Origin: Hemiscyllium ocellatum
Lineage: Eukaryota
Assembly: GCF_020745735.1 (NCBI RefSeq)
Contig: NC_083402.1
Location: 7,254,001-7,318,000 of the forward strand
Direction of reading: 5' to 3'
DNA: 64,000 nt
Part shown: piece after piece, positions 1-13,795 of the stretch
Numbering within the stretch: the stretch's first letter is position 1
Layout of the letters: every line of letters starts with the position of its first letter
Notes under the pieces: generated by a model
Seen by the model: only the letters and a program-made list of their open reading frames with translations
What the model was told of the DNA's origin: nothing
Databases searched by the model: none
Made by a program: the position numbers and the translations under genes

Positions 1-509
1 GACAGATAGTCAGCTTGGACTTGATGTGTCAAATGGCATTTGAACTTGTTTTGTACTTGCTTAACCTGTTCTGATCATTTAACCAATGGAGTCAAACTAT
101 CATTTAGGTAAATCTGCTCTGTTCTCCTATTTGGCTCACTGCAGAATGTCCTTCCATAAGGTGGGGTTAGGATTAGGGTGAGGTTCCTATTTCAGCTCTG
201 ATGCCTTATGGTCTTCTTCCTAAATGACCCATTTAACTCCATCATGGGTACATTTCAGGAGCCAGGCTGGAATGAAAAAAAACAAAATTAAAAATATCTG
301 TTATAGACTTTACCACAGAAAAAAAACACTTCCATTCAGGAAATTCACAAGACATGTAAATCACATCAAGTACTTAAAACTGAATAAAAACAAATATTTG
401 TATTTAGCATAACACATTAAAACAGCTAATCCATCAGTAACCTCTTGGAACTGCTAGTCCTCTATGAACATGCTGTTTACTACAAGGGGAGGTGGATATG
501 AGTTGGAAC

Positions 510-825
510 TTAGATTAGATTCCCTACAGTATGGAAATAGGCTATTTGGCCCAACAAGTCCACACTGACCCTACGAAGAATAACCCACACAGACCCATTC
601 CCTTACTCTATATTTGCCCCTGACTAATGCACCTAACACTCTGGACAATTTAGCATGGTCAATTCAACTAACCTGTACATCTTTGGATTGTGGGAGCAAA
701 TGGGAGCTCCTGGAGGAAACCCATGCAGACACGGGGAGAATGTGCAAACTCCACACAGACAGTTGCTTGAGGTGGGAATCAAACCCAGGTCTCTGGCACT
801 GTGAGGCAGCAGTGCTAACAACTGT
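510..825 (-). mobile_element. HE1-type tRNA-derived SINE
   Basis: The reverse complement has a tRNA-like head (A/B boxes), the conserved core and a (ctaat)n CR1-like tail. Confidence 0.85.
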
Positions 826-1083
826 CTTGTTGCAGCGTTACAAGGTATTGGAGAGTACTGTGAACAATTTTGGTCTCCTTCTTCGAAAAAGCATACAATT
901 ACTTTGGAAATATCAAATCAAATTGAATCAAGGTTAATGGCTGTGTGGTTTTGAAATTAGCTTTGGACCAGAAAGCAGAGAGCTTGTGGTGAGTTACGAG
1001 TCTGGCAACATCTGTCAAGAGAAAGGAAAATTGAAGTTTCAGGTCCAGTCCAGACATGCCTGCTGAAGAATAATCTAACAGCA

Positions 1084-1104
1084 GAGAGAGAGAGAGAGAG
1101 AGAG
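1084..1104. repeat. (GA)n microsatellite
   Basis: Direct reading. Confidence 0.9.
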
Positions 1105-4100
1105 AGCTGTATTTAGCAGCTTCAATTCCAAACCGCAAGTTCAATAACTGAAAGGAAAACTAAAACACTAGGTCTGTGTGAGCCTGACTCACTCACTCAT
1201 ACTTGTTTCATCTAATTAAACAAAACCCAACGCTATTTACTCTGCTTTCCATGGAGCAGACATCTTGCCACCAGGTTTACAACACATATCTTCAAGAGAA
1301 ACAGGACAACACAGAGATCTCCCTTAAAGGCACATATCTTCACAGCAGTGAAGAGTGAGGATGGTATTAACAGACTCTGGGGCATATAGGCTGGTGAAAT
1401 GGCCAGAGAAGTAAAAATTAACATTGGGAAAGGTGAAGCATAATGATAGGAAGATGTTAGGCCACAGATCACCCCACATCTCATTGTATGCCAGAACAGT
1501 CTTCAAAGGTTGAATGTACTATTCCTATTCCTATGTTCCGAAGAATGAACAGAGGTGATATAACTGAAATGGTATAATTTTACAGTAATAAAAACATGGT
1601 GGAAGTGCACGTTGAAACTTGGGGTTTAGTTATAAAGGATTTAAAATGGCAAAAGGAATGCTTGTATTCACTGACAAGAGCAGAGAGTAGAAAAGCAAGG
1701 ATGAACATTTCCAACATGTCAGTTCAAGCCCAGCTGGAGAAACATGACCAATTCTCTGCATTATGCTTCAGGGAGGATGTTTTTGTGCAGAAAAGATAAA
1801 GTTGAATGGTTCCACAGAAGAGATTTCAGTTCTTTGAAGGAAGTAGTGTTGTTTTTCTTAGAGAAGAGCAGATTAGGGTGAGATTAGATTGAGCTGTGCT
1901 TCATCAAGAAGAGTCTTTCTAAAGTAAGTCATGAGAAACTGTTTCCAGTGGCAGGATGGCCAGTTAGTAAAATGGACACAGGTAAAGGTGTTGATGAAAG
2001 AACCAAAGATCAATGACAGAGTCAATGCACAGACTCGGGAAAGACACGGGGAGTGTGACTAATTTAGATGGATGTTTCAAAGGGTTGGCACAGGCACAGT
2101 AGGCTGTGTGGCTTCAGCCTGGCCTGTATGATACTATCAAACAGGAAGCAGGTACTACTTATTTTGTTGCCACACTGGAGTGACATTCCATAGGAGACAT
2201 GTGTGATAAAAGAGAGTTAACCATGACCTGTACCCATCAGACAGTGGTACAGATTATTATGAGTTCTGAGCCTCAGAATCATTTGTGTTTAACAAGGTGT
2301 TTGCTCATTGAACCATTATAAAGCATACTATCAGAGCACCTAAGGATCACAGGCTAATAAAGTTCAACAATGATCATCCTGAATGATGGAGTAGGGTTGA
2401 GGGCCTGAATGATCTGTGTCTGTTCTGATTTCTTATGATCATATGTTTTATTCTGGGTAGGTCCAGACAGGCTGTTAGAAACATTCAGGAGAGATGAGAT
2501 TGGAGCAGGTGGAATATTGGATGCTTAGGGAAAGTCAAAGGGTAAAGAGAGTGAGAGTAAAGCAGGGCTAAATGTTAGGGTGTACAGGGAGCGATCAGAG
2601 AATGAGAACAGATTCAGGTAGTTTTATTTTTCTTACAAGGCGTGTGGGTCTCACTGGCAAGGCCAGCGTTTGTTGTCCATCTCTTATTGCCCTTGAACTG
2701 AGAGGCTTGCTTGCCCATTTCTGAGGGCAGTTTAGAGTCAGACGCATGGCATTCAATTAGTCCTAAAAGGACACATTGAAGTTTGGAAGGGGGACCTGAA
2801 TCACTTTTAGGGTGGATTTGGTAAAGGTGGTAAATTTGCTTCCTGAAGGATATTAGTGAACCAGATTTTAACAAAATAATAATTGATGATAATTCAGATG
2901 GTCGCCATTACAGAGACAAGGTTTCAATTCCAGCTTTAGTCATTAAATGTAAATTTCACAAGTTACGTGGTGAGAATTGAACCCCCTCCTTCCCCGAGCA
3001 TAAACTGATCCTCGTGCTCTCCACAGCAGCTACTGGGAGTCATTTGAGATTTGTGACACCCACCTGGACACTTTTCCTTGATCCATGTAGAAGCAGCATA
3101 TAGACTGGTTGCGAACAGCTCAATACAACAAGGAGTGTAACCAGTCATTTAGCCAGGTGATTTAGGAAGTGGGAAATGGTTCTGTACAGGATCCATCCAG
3201 AGTCAGCAACTGAGGAGAAGATTTTCAACTCCATTGCTCTCTTAACAATCTAAAGAACCTGATCAGCTTCCTTTTGGGAATGGTATGACACAGGTATAAC
3301 ACGCCAAACCAAATCCACCGAGCTCTGGATTCACAACACAATGAAAAGCAAGCATTCATCGATCCTTAGACTTGCTGTGTTGTTGTGATGAGCCATAAAA
3401 AAATACAGATTGTGGACACCAAATTTTACATTGAAATTAACAATTTAATATTGTGAATGTAACCTACCATAGCACAGATAAGCTATAACATAATGTAATT
3501 AATATGCACCATGTAGCCCAAGCTGCTTTGATAATTAACATGCAATCAGACATCACATGCATAGTCATACAGACTCACGCACAAACGTAAGGGAAAAATT
3601 AAAAGATAAAAGAATTGCAATTTTGTAGCTCAATAACCATTTTAACAATCAATGCTTCCATGAAACCTTTGGACACTGGTTATATTACAGGCACATAGGA
3701 CTGCATATCTTTCTTGAATTCCAGTCACTGGTCAATGCAGCTTCTGCAGATTTCCGGAGACTTTTCTTTATGTCTCACAGACTGGGACTCTTTTCACAGA
3801 TCTTTCAACAAGTTGATGACTGGAGATTACCTAGGGAGAGAAAAACCAAAAAAAAACTTAGTTGGGAAGTTTCCAAAACAAAATTACAATTTCCCTCATC
3901 CTGCAAACCATTAACTCACACTCCCATCCCAACCGTGCAACGATTCCAATCAGGGCCACTTGGTTATGTTTTTCACTTCTATTCTCAACATATGGCCAGC
4001 ACCGATTCTGACTTGATTAACCAAGCCAACGCCAAACAGTGGTCAGTACCTAAGCTTAGACCCAACTCAGTTCATCTACAGTGTCCTTAGAGCAGTAATT

Positions 4101-7100
4101 AACCAGCTATTAGCTGCTCCAAGGAAGCTGATGCCTCTCCTCCTGGCTGATGTAGAGTGTCCTGCCTCAGTGCTGATGGTACTTACCAAGGATCAAAGGA
4201 CAAGGGAAGCAGCTCAAAGTCTCCAGGAAGATTTCCCTGAAGAAATAGATGTCAATGCATGGGGACCTCTCATTCAAAAGAAACTGACTTGGAGAAAACT
4301 CCTCTATGAATTTGTTGAGAACACCCAACAGCAAGGTAAGTATGGAGAATGAATTGGAGAAAGGAATGTCAATGGGATCAAGGCCAAGGACCTCCTGGAA
4401 ACACCTATCAAATGTACAATTGGAGAAGTGGCTCTCGGATCAGGCTTATCATCTACACAACGACTCACAGAACCCATGACCAGTGACACAGGATTTCCTT
4501 AGTAGATGACCATACTCATCAGCTAGTCATTGCTGATGATAACAAATTGATATGTACTATTCTTCCAGGCCAGATTCCAACAGCAAACATTTCCCATTTG
4601 TTCTCTCCTCTTTTGAGAAACAAGCTGATGTTCAAAGTGAATATTCAATTCTCAACTTTAACTCACTTCCATAACTGAGGAACAATGAGGAAACTCAAAA
4701 AAAAAGTAGAGACGGTCTCAACAGGAAACACATTGCTTTTCACTCGGTTACATTGAATGGTCAGTAAGTTAGAAAGTTCGTCAATCAAGGGAGTCAACCC
4801 TTGCAGTCAGTACATAACCTGGACAGTGACGGTGACACTCTGCCACTACATGTCTGTCCAGGATTCCCATTGTATTTATGCTTCACATTCTCTCTGTTAC
4901 AGTGTCTAAAATGGACATTGATCGGTCAGTTAGAGTACAACTAGTACCTGGTTCAGATGGCTGTTGGGCCTGAGCAGTCTCAGGAATGCTGGACGAACCT
5001 GGATCATTTCTGAAAAACACACAAGGATCATGAATATACCAAGGAAGCAAATGGTAAAACCCCAGGACGCAGCTAAAAGCATCATGTGTTTTTTGATAAT
5101 TCCGATCATGGGGGTCACTGACTGGTCCTGGTTACCCTTGAGAAGGTGGTAGTGAAATGTCACTGGGTCAAAGTTCTGGAATTCCTTCCCTAAAGGCACT
5201 GTGGCTCTACCAACAGCACGTGGACTGCAGCAGTTGAAGAGGGCAACTCACCATCACCTTCTCAAGGGCAACTAGGGATGGGTAATAAATGCTGGCCCAG
5301 CTAGAGATGCCCATGTCCCTCTGTGAATAAAAATGATGTTCAGACTTAGACACCAATCTCCCACCTCACCCTTGAATAATCCATCACCGGAAACTGTCTT
5401 AATTTGGTACCAGAATGTGACTGGCACTCATAGAATCCATGGTTTAGTCAGCAGCTGTAACACAGGGATGGCTTCAAAAACTGTCAGGAATCACAGTGAT
5501 AAACGAATGATTCCAGGCAACTCTAGGTCAGCTTTGTTCAGCTAGTTACGGGATAGGGAGGAAGAGTATTGGAGATGAGAGGCAATTCCTGCAGGGGCTT
5601 CTCATCTGCTGTAACTTTGGAGATGTCACGGGGCTTGGAAATCTTGGAAAAAGAAGAATGATCAGGAAATTACATCCCCATCCTGTGAAAATACAGCTGC
5701 TTGGAGAAAATAGTAAATTTCACAAAAACTGCAAGTGACAACATTTCATTCTTTTCCTCCATAAAACATTCATTAAAACTCAAAGTATCTGCTGTGATGA
5801 AAATGAGCAACTTTTTAATTTTACATGAGGGTGAATTGCAGGTTAATTTGGGAAAAGGGTAATCACAGGTGAATCTGGAGGTGGAGATTTGCAAAAAGCT
5901 GGAAATTGACAGATTCTGATCAAAACGATGAACCTGTCATTTACTTCAGTCTGTTGAGATCACTCTCCCACTCTGAGTTTTTGAGCAGCTTCTTAAAAGG
6001 ACAAAGCATATTAGCAGCTCATCAGCAATGGGCTGCATTCTGTCTGTGAGCAAGAGTGTTCAATTCAATCCTCAAACAGAACATTTCTGTCATCAATCTT
6101 GCATCAATCATTAATTATCCTACCTTCTTGAAAATGTGATCAGCTCGATTTGCCGTGGAAACCCTAAAGAGACAAAAGTGATTGTTAAATGTTTGTTGTG
6201 TTATGAACAAATTTACTGCTTTGTCTCCACAGTTGGAAGTGTTTCAAGCAAAACCATGACTTCTCAACAATCTACCCAAAATGCATGGTTTGGACTGAAC
6301 TCAGAATGTTTTGTGATACTTACACCCTTTATTCAAGTGTGTCTGATGTAGCTCAGCCTAACATCTGTAATTTACCAAGTCAGGTTAGAGTGTTTTAAGA
6401 TGATCAGTGGGAACAAATGATCAGACGTAGGAAGGTGTGTTGCCTCAAAGAGCAGAGACAAGGTAAGAGAGAATATTGTTGTAATCCCAGTTATTACTGG
6501 ACAAGTCACAACCAGACACACAACCTGGCTTGCTAGATAATATTTACATATTTGTTGGCTTATAATGAAATTTTCTCTCTGTGAAAGATAAGTACACATT
6601 ACTACACATTTTGCTTTAATGTAAAACAGAAGTTTATTCAGAAAAAAATGAAGATGCAATAGAATAAATCAAACTACCTACATCTGATAAAAATTCAAAG
6701 ATTTTAAAGAAGAAAGCATGATCCAAATAGTGCCAAAACACTGTTTGTAAATTATAAAACAATAAAAGCTTTTTCATTGTACCCAAACATATTCACTGGT
6801 GCAGTGATCAAAAACACAAATTGCATAGTACCCAAAAATACTACTCATGCTACACGCTCACCACAATACTTGTTTATATCACTTTGGTAGATTTAAGCCA
6901 TTGCAATTTAAACTTGTCAGTTGAAAATGCACATAGTTCTTCCTGGAACTAGATACAGCTAAGTTTAAGTGCACTCAGTTTTAAGTAACTTCTTCAGGGT
7001 TTTGTCCTTAGATTTGTAGTCTGTTACTAACACTAACTCTTCACTTTAAAGTAAAATAGTTCAGTATGCCCTTCCCTTCTCATTAATGAAGGTAAATACT

Positions 7101-7449
7101 GCCATATTCATCAAAGGATTTCACAGGACTATTCAAACAGAGCAAAGCTAAAAAAAACCTTCCTCCAAACTATGGGGATATCCTTGAAGCTTTCAAAAAA
7201 AGTTCCAGAAATTTCTAAAAAAACGTTGATGGTCCTTTTATTTATCTTGCTGGGCCATAAAACAATCTAAGATAAACAAAAATCCATCAATTCTAAAGTT
7301 AGGCCTCAAATCTGTTCTTAGAAGAAATCACCAAGACTACAACAGTACTCACAAGTCAGTTATTAATCTTAGACATGCAGAAAATCAACATGCTACTGAC
7401 TTTAAAACAAAAAAAAACAAACTTAGAACAAATAATAATAAATACTGCA

Positions 7450-8470
7450 AGCTGGTTGGGAGGGTGAACTGCGAAGAGGATACAGAGATACTTCAGTACA
7501 ATTTGGACAAGCTCAGTGGAAATTCATTGCAGTTGAAGGATAATGTGTTAAGTATGAGGTTATCCACTTTGGCAGCAAAAACAGGAACAAGACAATTTGC
7601 TAGAATTCCCTAGGTCCAGGGAAGGACCATTCCATTCGAAAATTATGAATGCAACTCCTTTATTCAAAAAGAGGAGGAGGCAGAGAGCAGGAAATGACAG
7701 GATAGTCTGCTTATCCTACAGAGAGAAAATGTTAAAAGCTAATATTGAACATGTTATAGCAGGTTACATCGTTGCAATAAAAGATGCTGCAGAGAAAAGA
7801 CAACATTAGGATACACCGTGCTTATAAGTCCAGAAGGCCATTGATAACGTAGAAAATAGGAACAGGAGTAGGCCATTCAGCCCCCTATGTATGCTTTAAT
7901 ATTCAATATGATCATGATTGATCATCCATTTCATGACCTTGTTCCTGCTTTCTCCTCATACCATTTGATTAATTTAGCCTGAAGAACTATATCTAACTCC
8001 TTCTTAAAAATACTCAATATTTTGAACTCATTTGCTTTCTGTGGCAGAGAATTCCATAGGTTCACCACTTTCTGGGTGAAGGAATTTCTCCTCATCTCAA
8101 TCCTGAATGGCCTACCTCATATTCTTAGACAGTGACCTTTGGTTCATGACTCCCCAGTTATTGGGAAAATCTTTCCTGCACTAAGTATAGTCTTATCAAA
8201 ATTTCATATGTTTCCCTGAGGTCCCCACCCTCATTCTTCTAAATCCTAACCGATCCAATCTCTTGTCATATATCAATCCTGCAACCCCAGGAATCCGTTT
8301 GAAAAACCAACATTGCACTCCCCCGCTCGTCATAAAATCCTTCCTCAAATAAGGATACTAAAACCTCACACAATACTCCAGATGTGGTCTTACCAAGGCC
8401 CTATACAATTGCTGAAAAACATTCCTGCTGCTGTACTTAAACCTCTCAATTTGAAGCCAAATTGCAACCG
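7450..8470. mobile_element. Two CR1 3' fragments in opposite orientations
   Basis: Plus-strand RT remnant at about 7450-7850 and a minus-strand 3' end at about 7850-8470. Confidence 0.7.
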
Positions 8471-8770
8471 ACAGAGATGGGGAGGGAGAGGCCATAAAGA
8501 TAAAGATAACAATTTGAACTTCGCAAAATGACATCATAGAACTCAGGAGTCTGAGGTCTACAACATTGCTGAGATATCCTGGATGTTCAATTTGATCAGC
8601 TAGTGCAAAGATAGATCATGAGGTCAGCCCCAAAACAGATCAGTGCCTGAACATTGCACCCACTGCACAGGCCCGAAGAGGAGTCCATGTTACCATTCCA
8701 CCCCTAGATGTAGCTCTGTTACTCAGACTATCTGCCTTCATGCAGCAACCTCTCCAAATTTATTTTAACA

Positions 8771-8829
8771 CTAAAAACACATAGGGGAATTGTTTTGATT
8801 TGCAGCTTCCTTTCTGTTTAACTGAGATT
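8771..8829 (-). CDS. Candidate short terminal cytoplasmic exon (ESQLNRKEAANQNNSPMCF*)
   Basis: Pyrimidine tract ttttccattcattctcactcagcacag| is phase-1 compatible. Stop TAG at 8771-8773 and AATAAA at 8759-8764. No homology support, so this is one of several candidates. Confidence 0.3.
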
Positions 8830-9231
8830 CTGTGCTGAGTGAGAATGAATGGAAAAGGTGTGGTCTGTTGGGATTTTGTCAAATGGGATTGAATGAAAAG
8901 ATATTTTGGTGCATTGAGTTTCGACAGTAATAGGGAGTAGAATGGGGATTGATCCAGAGTTCAATAGAATTGGTTTGAATGACTTTGCTTGTGAAACAGC
9001 CTCAGTGTTCAATCACTCATGGGAAAGCTCAAACAGGAGACAGATACCAGAGAGTGGCTGATACTACCAAACAGGCCACCTATACCCATCCTCCACCATG
9101 TCTGAAAAAAAGCCAATGTTTTCAGAGAATGTATTGAAGAGGACAGAGTTGGTGAGGGAAAATTAATGTAGGATCATCATTTGTTGCAGAACCATATTGT
9201 TTTATTTTACCTCGTGTTCTACAGAACCCAC

Positions 9232-9345
9232 CTCCTTTCTTCCTGAAGGCAATGAAGATGATGACACTGATGATGATGATGATGAGGAGGACGATGAGCA
9301 ATGAAATCACCAGCGGATTTACAGTGGTGGGCTCAGTCTTCTTCA
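9232..9345 (-). CDS. Exon 6: stalk and transmembrane exon
   Basis: Acceptor ttgctgtattacag|TG. Encodes VKKTEPTTVNPLVISLLIVLLIIIIISVIIFIAFRKKG, an uncharged TM helix followed by an RKK stop-transfer. Donor GGAG|GTGGGT at 9232, with an alternative phase-1 donor CGAG|GTAAAA at 9211. Confidence 0.88.
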
Positions 9346-9825
9346 CTGTAATACAGCAAGAATGACATTGGTCAGTAATATCTCAGTGCAGTGAAACTTA
9401 TAGTAGGGTTACAGAACATGAGATTAAATGTACAAACTGGACATTCTCTGATGGAGCAATCCAGTTAGTCCCTCTTCCCGGTCCTTCCCTATAATCCTCT
9501 AACTTGCTCCTTTCCAAAAACATCCCAATTTGTCTTCTGAAAGAGCCCGCAATGAATCTGTTTCCACCGTCCTTTTAGGCAGTGCATTACAGATCAGTGC
9601 AATTCCTGAAAGAGGTGGCTGTTTAATTCTGTGACACAGAATATAGTGTTAGATAGATATTTTAAATCATTCCTAGATCTTGTGCTGACTCATCTGGCCC
9701 TACTTGGGCAAATGGTAAAGGCTGCATTTAACTCCAGCTCCCCCCGGATTGAGTGAGTGAAGAATTAGCAATAGTGTCCCCTCCTTGGTGTTCCTGCACC
9801 CCAGATGGTTCTATGAAGGAATTAA

Positions 9826-10245
9826 AAGAAATTGCTGGAGAAACTCAGCATCTGTGGACAGAAAGTAGAATTAAGGTTTTGAGTCCAGTGACCCTTCCCT
9901 AGAACTAACAATTGCTAAGGGCATGGGGGGAAATGAATGAGAGGATAGGAGGAGACAGACCCCAGAAGGTGAGAAAGACAGTTAGGCAGACAAAGGAATG
10001 GATAATGGTTTGCCAGGGAGAAAGACAATCTGATAATGGGGACCAAAACTAGATAAAACAGCCTGGGGTGTGGAGTTGGGGAAAGGACATAGAAGGGGGT
10101 GTTCAGGTTCTAAAATTACTGAACTTGATATTGAGTACTGAAGGCTGCAGGGTCCCCAAGCAGAAGATGAGATGCTGTTGTTCCAGTTTGCGCTGAGCCT
10201 TGCTGCAACACTGTAATGAGCCTGTGGCAGGGACAACAGGGTGAC
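9826..10245 (-). mobile_element. Penelope-like element 3' fragment
   Basis: The minus frame reads AQRKLEQQHLIFCLGTLQPSVLNIKFSNF, typical of the Penelope GIY-YIG C-terminus, followed by a terminal repeat remnant. Confidence 0.75.
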
Positions 10246-11224
10246 TTTTCCTGATGCTATTTCTGGTGTATCGGTCAGTATCAGATGGTCTGTCCAGTTT
10301 CATTTTTTTACCTTTGACATTTTGCAGCTTCAGTATCACTGAGTTGTTTGCTTGGCTATTACAGAATGCAATTAATAGTCCATCAGCTTGCTGTAGGTGT
10401 GGTGTCATGTGTAGGCAGGGCAAGGGACAGAAATCATGGACCTGGTGCTATTCCTTGCCCAGGCTCGAACCCAACCTAGAGAGCTCTCACCCATTGCCCT
10501 GACCTGACACAATAAACTCGGTTATTGGACACTGATGTACCATCCACCCCTGTCTTGTGCCCTACATTTAGGCCAGGCCATGTGAGGATGGAGATTTGAT
10601 TCCCTAAAAGGCATGACTGAATCAGAGATGTTTTTTCCAAATATCAGCAATGGTCAAATGCACCCATTAGATTAGGTTTTCATTTAAATTTCAGATGTTT
10701 AAAATTTTATATTCTGCTATAGTGGGATTTGAACCCATAGCCCCAACTTGGGTTTTGTGGTTTAGTAGCCCAGTGACAGGAGCAGTATACCACCACTTCC
10801 CTTTATACACCATGTGTGAATGTAAAGCTAGGATAGGTTCCACATGGCTGTGATGCCTCACATCAAATGGACACTGGGGGAACGTATTTGCACTGATGGA
10901 ACTATTCCTGATGAAGGTGTGTATAATTTAATTGTCACCAAGAGGGACACATTAGATTGTTGCACCTTCCTGCTTGAGAAGATGAACTCAATGTCAGTAT
11001 AGTTTGGGGTTGTTTGGAAATTGAGCTGAATGTTCTGACATCAGAATGCACCTTAAAGGATCAGCACATCAAATTATATTAAATATTTTAAAAGTCAAAT
11101 TTGAAATACAAAACAAAAATACTGCAGATTCTGGAAATTTGAAATAAACAAAAATACTGCAAACACTCAGCAGGCCCGACAGTATCCGTGGAGAGAAACA
11201 GGATTAACATTTTAATTAGAGTAT

Positions 11225-13080
11225 CATATAGTCATAGAGATGTAAAGCAGGGAAACAGAACCTTTCAGTCCAACCTGTCCATGCCATCCAGATATCCTAC
11301 ATTAATCTCATCCCATTTGCCAGCATTTGGGCCATACCCCTCTAAACCTTTCCTTGTCATAGAGTCATGAGGTGTACAGCACAGAAACAGACCCTTCAGT
11401 CCAAGTCATCCATGCTGACCAGATATCCCAACTCAATCTAGTCCCACCTGTCAGCACCTGGCCAATATCTCTTCAAACCCTTCCTATTCATATAACCGCT
11501 GCAAATGTGTTGCTGGTCAAAGCACAGCAGGCCAGGCAGCATGTCAGGAATAGAGAATTCGACGTTTCGAGCATAAGCATTTACTATTCATATAACCATC
11601 CAGATTCCTCTTAAATGTTGCAATTGTGCCAGATTCCACCATATTCTCTGGCGCTCATTCCATACATGTACCACCCTCTGAGTGAAAAAGTTGCCCCTTA
11701 GGTCTCATTTATATCTTTCCCCTCTCACCCTAAACCTATGCCCTCTAGTTCTGGACTCCCCCACCCCAGAGAAAAGACTCTGTCTATTTATCCTATCCAT
11801 GCCCCTCATGATTTTATAAACCTCTGTAAGGTCACCCGTCAACCTCCGACGCTCCAGGGAAAACCGCCCTGGCCTATTCAACCTTTCCCTATGCTCAGAT
11901 CCTCCAACCCTGGCAACATTCTTGTAAATCTTTTACGAACCCTTTCAAGTTTCACAACATCATTCCAATAGGAAGGAGACCAGAATTGTGCTCAATATTC
12001 CAACAGTGGCCTAACCAACGTTCTGTACAGCCACAATATGACCTCCCAACTCCTGTACCCAATACTCTGACCAATAAAGGAAAGCATACCAAACGCCTTC
12101 TTCACTATCCTATCTATCTGCGACTTCACTTTCAAGGAGCTATGAACCTGCAATCCAAGGTCTCTTTGTTCAGCAACACTCCCTCTGACCTTACCATTAA
12201 GTGTATAAGTCCTGCTAAGATTTGCTTTCCCAAAATGCAGCACCTCACATTTATCTAAAATAAACTCCAACTGCCACTTCTCAGCCCTTTGGCCCATCTG
12301 GTCAAGATCCCGTTGTAATCTGAGGTAACTTTCTTCGCTGTCCACTACATCTCCAATTTTGGTGTCATCAGCAAACTTCATGTATCCATCCAGATGCCTT
12401 TTAAAAGTTGTAATTGTACCAGTCTCCATCACTTCCTCTGGCAGCTATTTCCATGTGTGCACTACCCTCTGCAATAAGACGTTGTCCCTTACATCCCTTT
12501 TAAATCTTTCCTGTCTCACCTCAAACCCTCTAGTTCTGGACTTCCCTAGGCTGGGGAAAAAGACCTTGATTTATTCACTCTATCCATGACCCTCATGATT
12601 TTATAAACTTCTATGAGGTTTCCCCTCAGCCTATGATGCTCCAGGGAAAGTAACCCCAGCCCATTCAGCCTCTCCCTGTAGCTCAAACTCTCCAACCCTG
12701 GCAAAACCCTATAAATCTTTTTCAAACTTTTCTAAGTTTAACATCTTTCTTACAGCAGGAAGTCCGGAATTGAATGCAGTATTCCAAAAGTTTGGAATAC
12801 CAATGTCCTGTACAGCCACAACATGACCTCCCAACTATAATACTCAGTGCTCTGACCAACAAAGGCAAGTGTATCACTACTTTATCTATCTGCAACTCCA
12901 CTTTCAAGGAACTAAGAACCTGCACTCCAATGTCTCTTTGTTCATAAACACTTCCCAGGACCTTACCATTAAGTGTATAAATCCTGTCTTGATTTGCCCG
13001 ACCAATATTTCAATAACCTTTCACCAGAAAACCAAATCTGTTACACTCTCACTGTACACCCTCTCTAGACTAATGACTTT
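11225..13080 (-). mobile_element. Stacked CR1 3' fragments
   Basis: Minus ORF 11992-12432 (KFADDTKIG...LQRDLDQ...WQLEF...KCEVLHFG) with repeated (catag)n tails. Confidence 0.88.
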
Positions 13081-13447
13081 TTAATCTTCATTCAGTTACA
13101 AGGTCAGGGTGTCATTGGCTGGGCCAGCATTTATTGCCCATCCCTACTAGTTAAGAGTCAGCCACATTGCAATGGGTCTTGAGTCACATGTAGGCTGGAC
13201 CAGGCTAGAAGGGCAATTTCCTTCCCTAAAGGACATTACTAAATCAGATGGGCTCTTACAACAATATGTAGTGATCACACATAGTCATCTTTCAATTCTT
13301 ACTTTGAGAATTTTATTGATTTCAAATTTCACCATCTGCCAAGGTAGGATTTGAACCCTGGTCCCCAGAACATTATCTAGGTCTTTGGATTAACAGTCCA
13401 ACAATAATACCACTAGCCATTGCCTCCAGCGTAGAAGAATTTCTTAC

Positions 13448-13795
13448 CATGTACCTGCAGCCGAGTGTCTTTCTGGATCAGATACTGAGAATTGAGTCTT
13501 GACCTGTATTCTACATGACACAGGTAAGTGTGATTGTCCCTCACACTCAGCTGGTTTATCCTGGTCGAGGCGTTTCCCTCCTCTGGGTTCCCGATGAGCT
13601 CGTACCGATTTCCACCGTGTCCAGTTGTCCAAGTTCCCTGTGATTGGGCTGTAAATGTAACGATGTGTTGGTAGGGCTCCTTCCTCATCCAGGTAACAGT
13701 GGTCAGGGTGTGGGAGTCCCAGCTCCTGAAGATACAGGGTAAAGTAACTGAATCTCCCTCTGTCCCACTCACCACTGAGACATTTCCCTGAGTAG
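13448..13795 (-). CDS. Exon 5: Ig V-set domain 4 (type A)
   Basis: Acceptor ttgtcctttcctcag|CT, donor CATG|GTAAGA, 348 bp, phase 1-1. Paralog of exon 3 at about 70% aa identity by hand. Confidence 0.92.

Noticed and set aside
3420-4080. Possible minus-strand LTR with a PBS-like ...GGACACCA next to it
   Set aside because: The tRNA match is too short, and no second LTR, TSD or coding remnant could be shown.
4131-4352. Plus ORF ending at a perfect donor (CAAG|GTAAGT), with a minus-strand perfect donor near 4187
   Set aside because: No homology recognised and no compatible partner exons. Probably part of an unidentified repeat.
6400-6462. Plus-strand symmetric exon-like segment (DDQWEQMIRRRKVCCLKEQRQ|gtaaga)
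   Set aside because: Isolated, antisense to the receptor, with no supporting exons.
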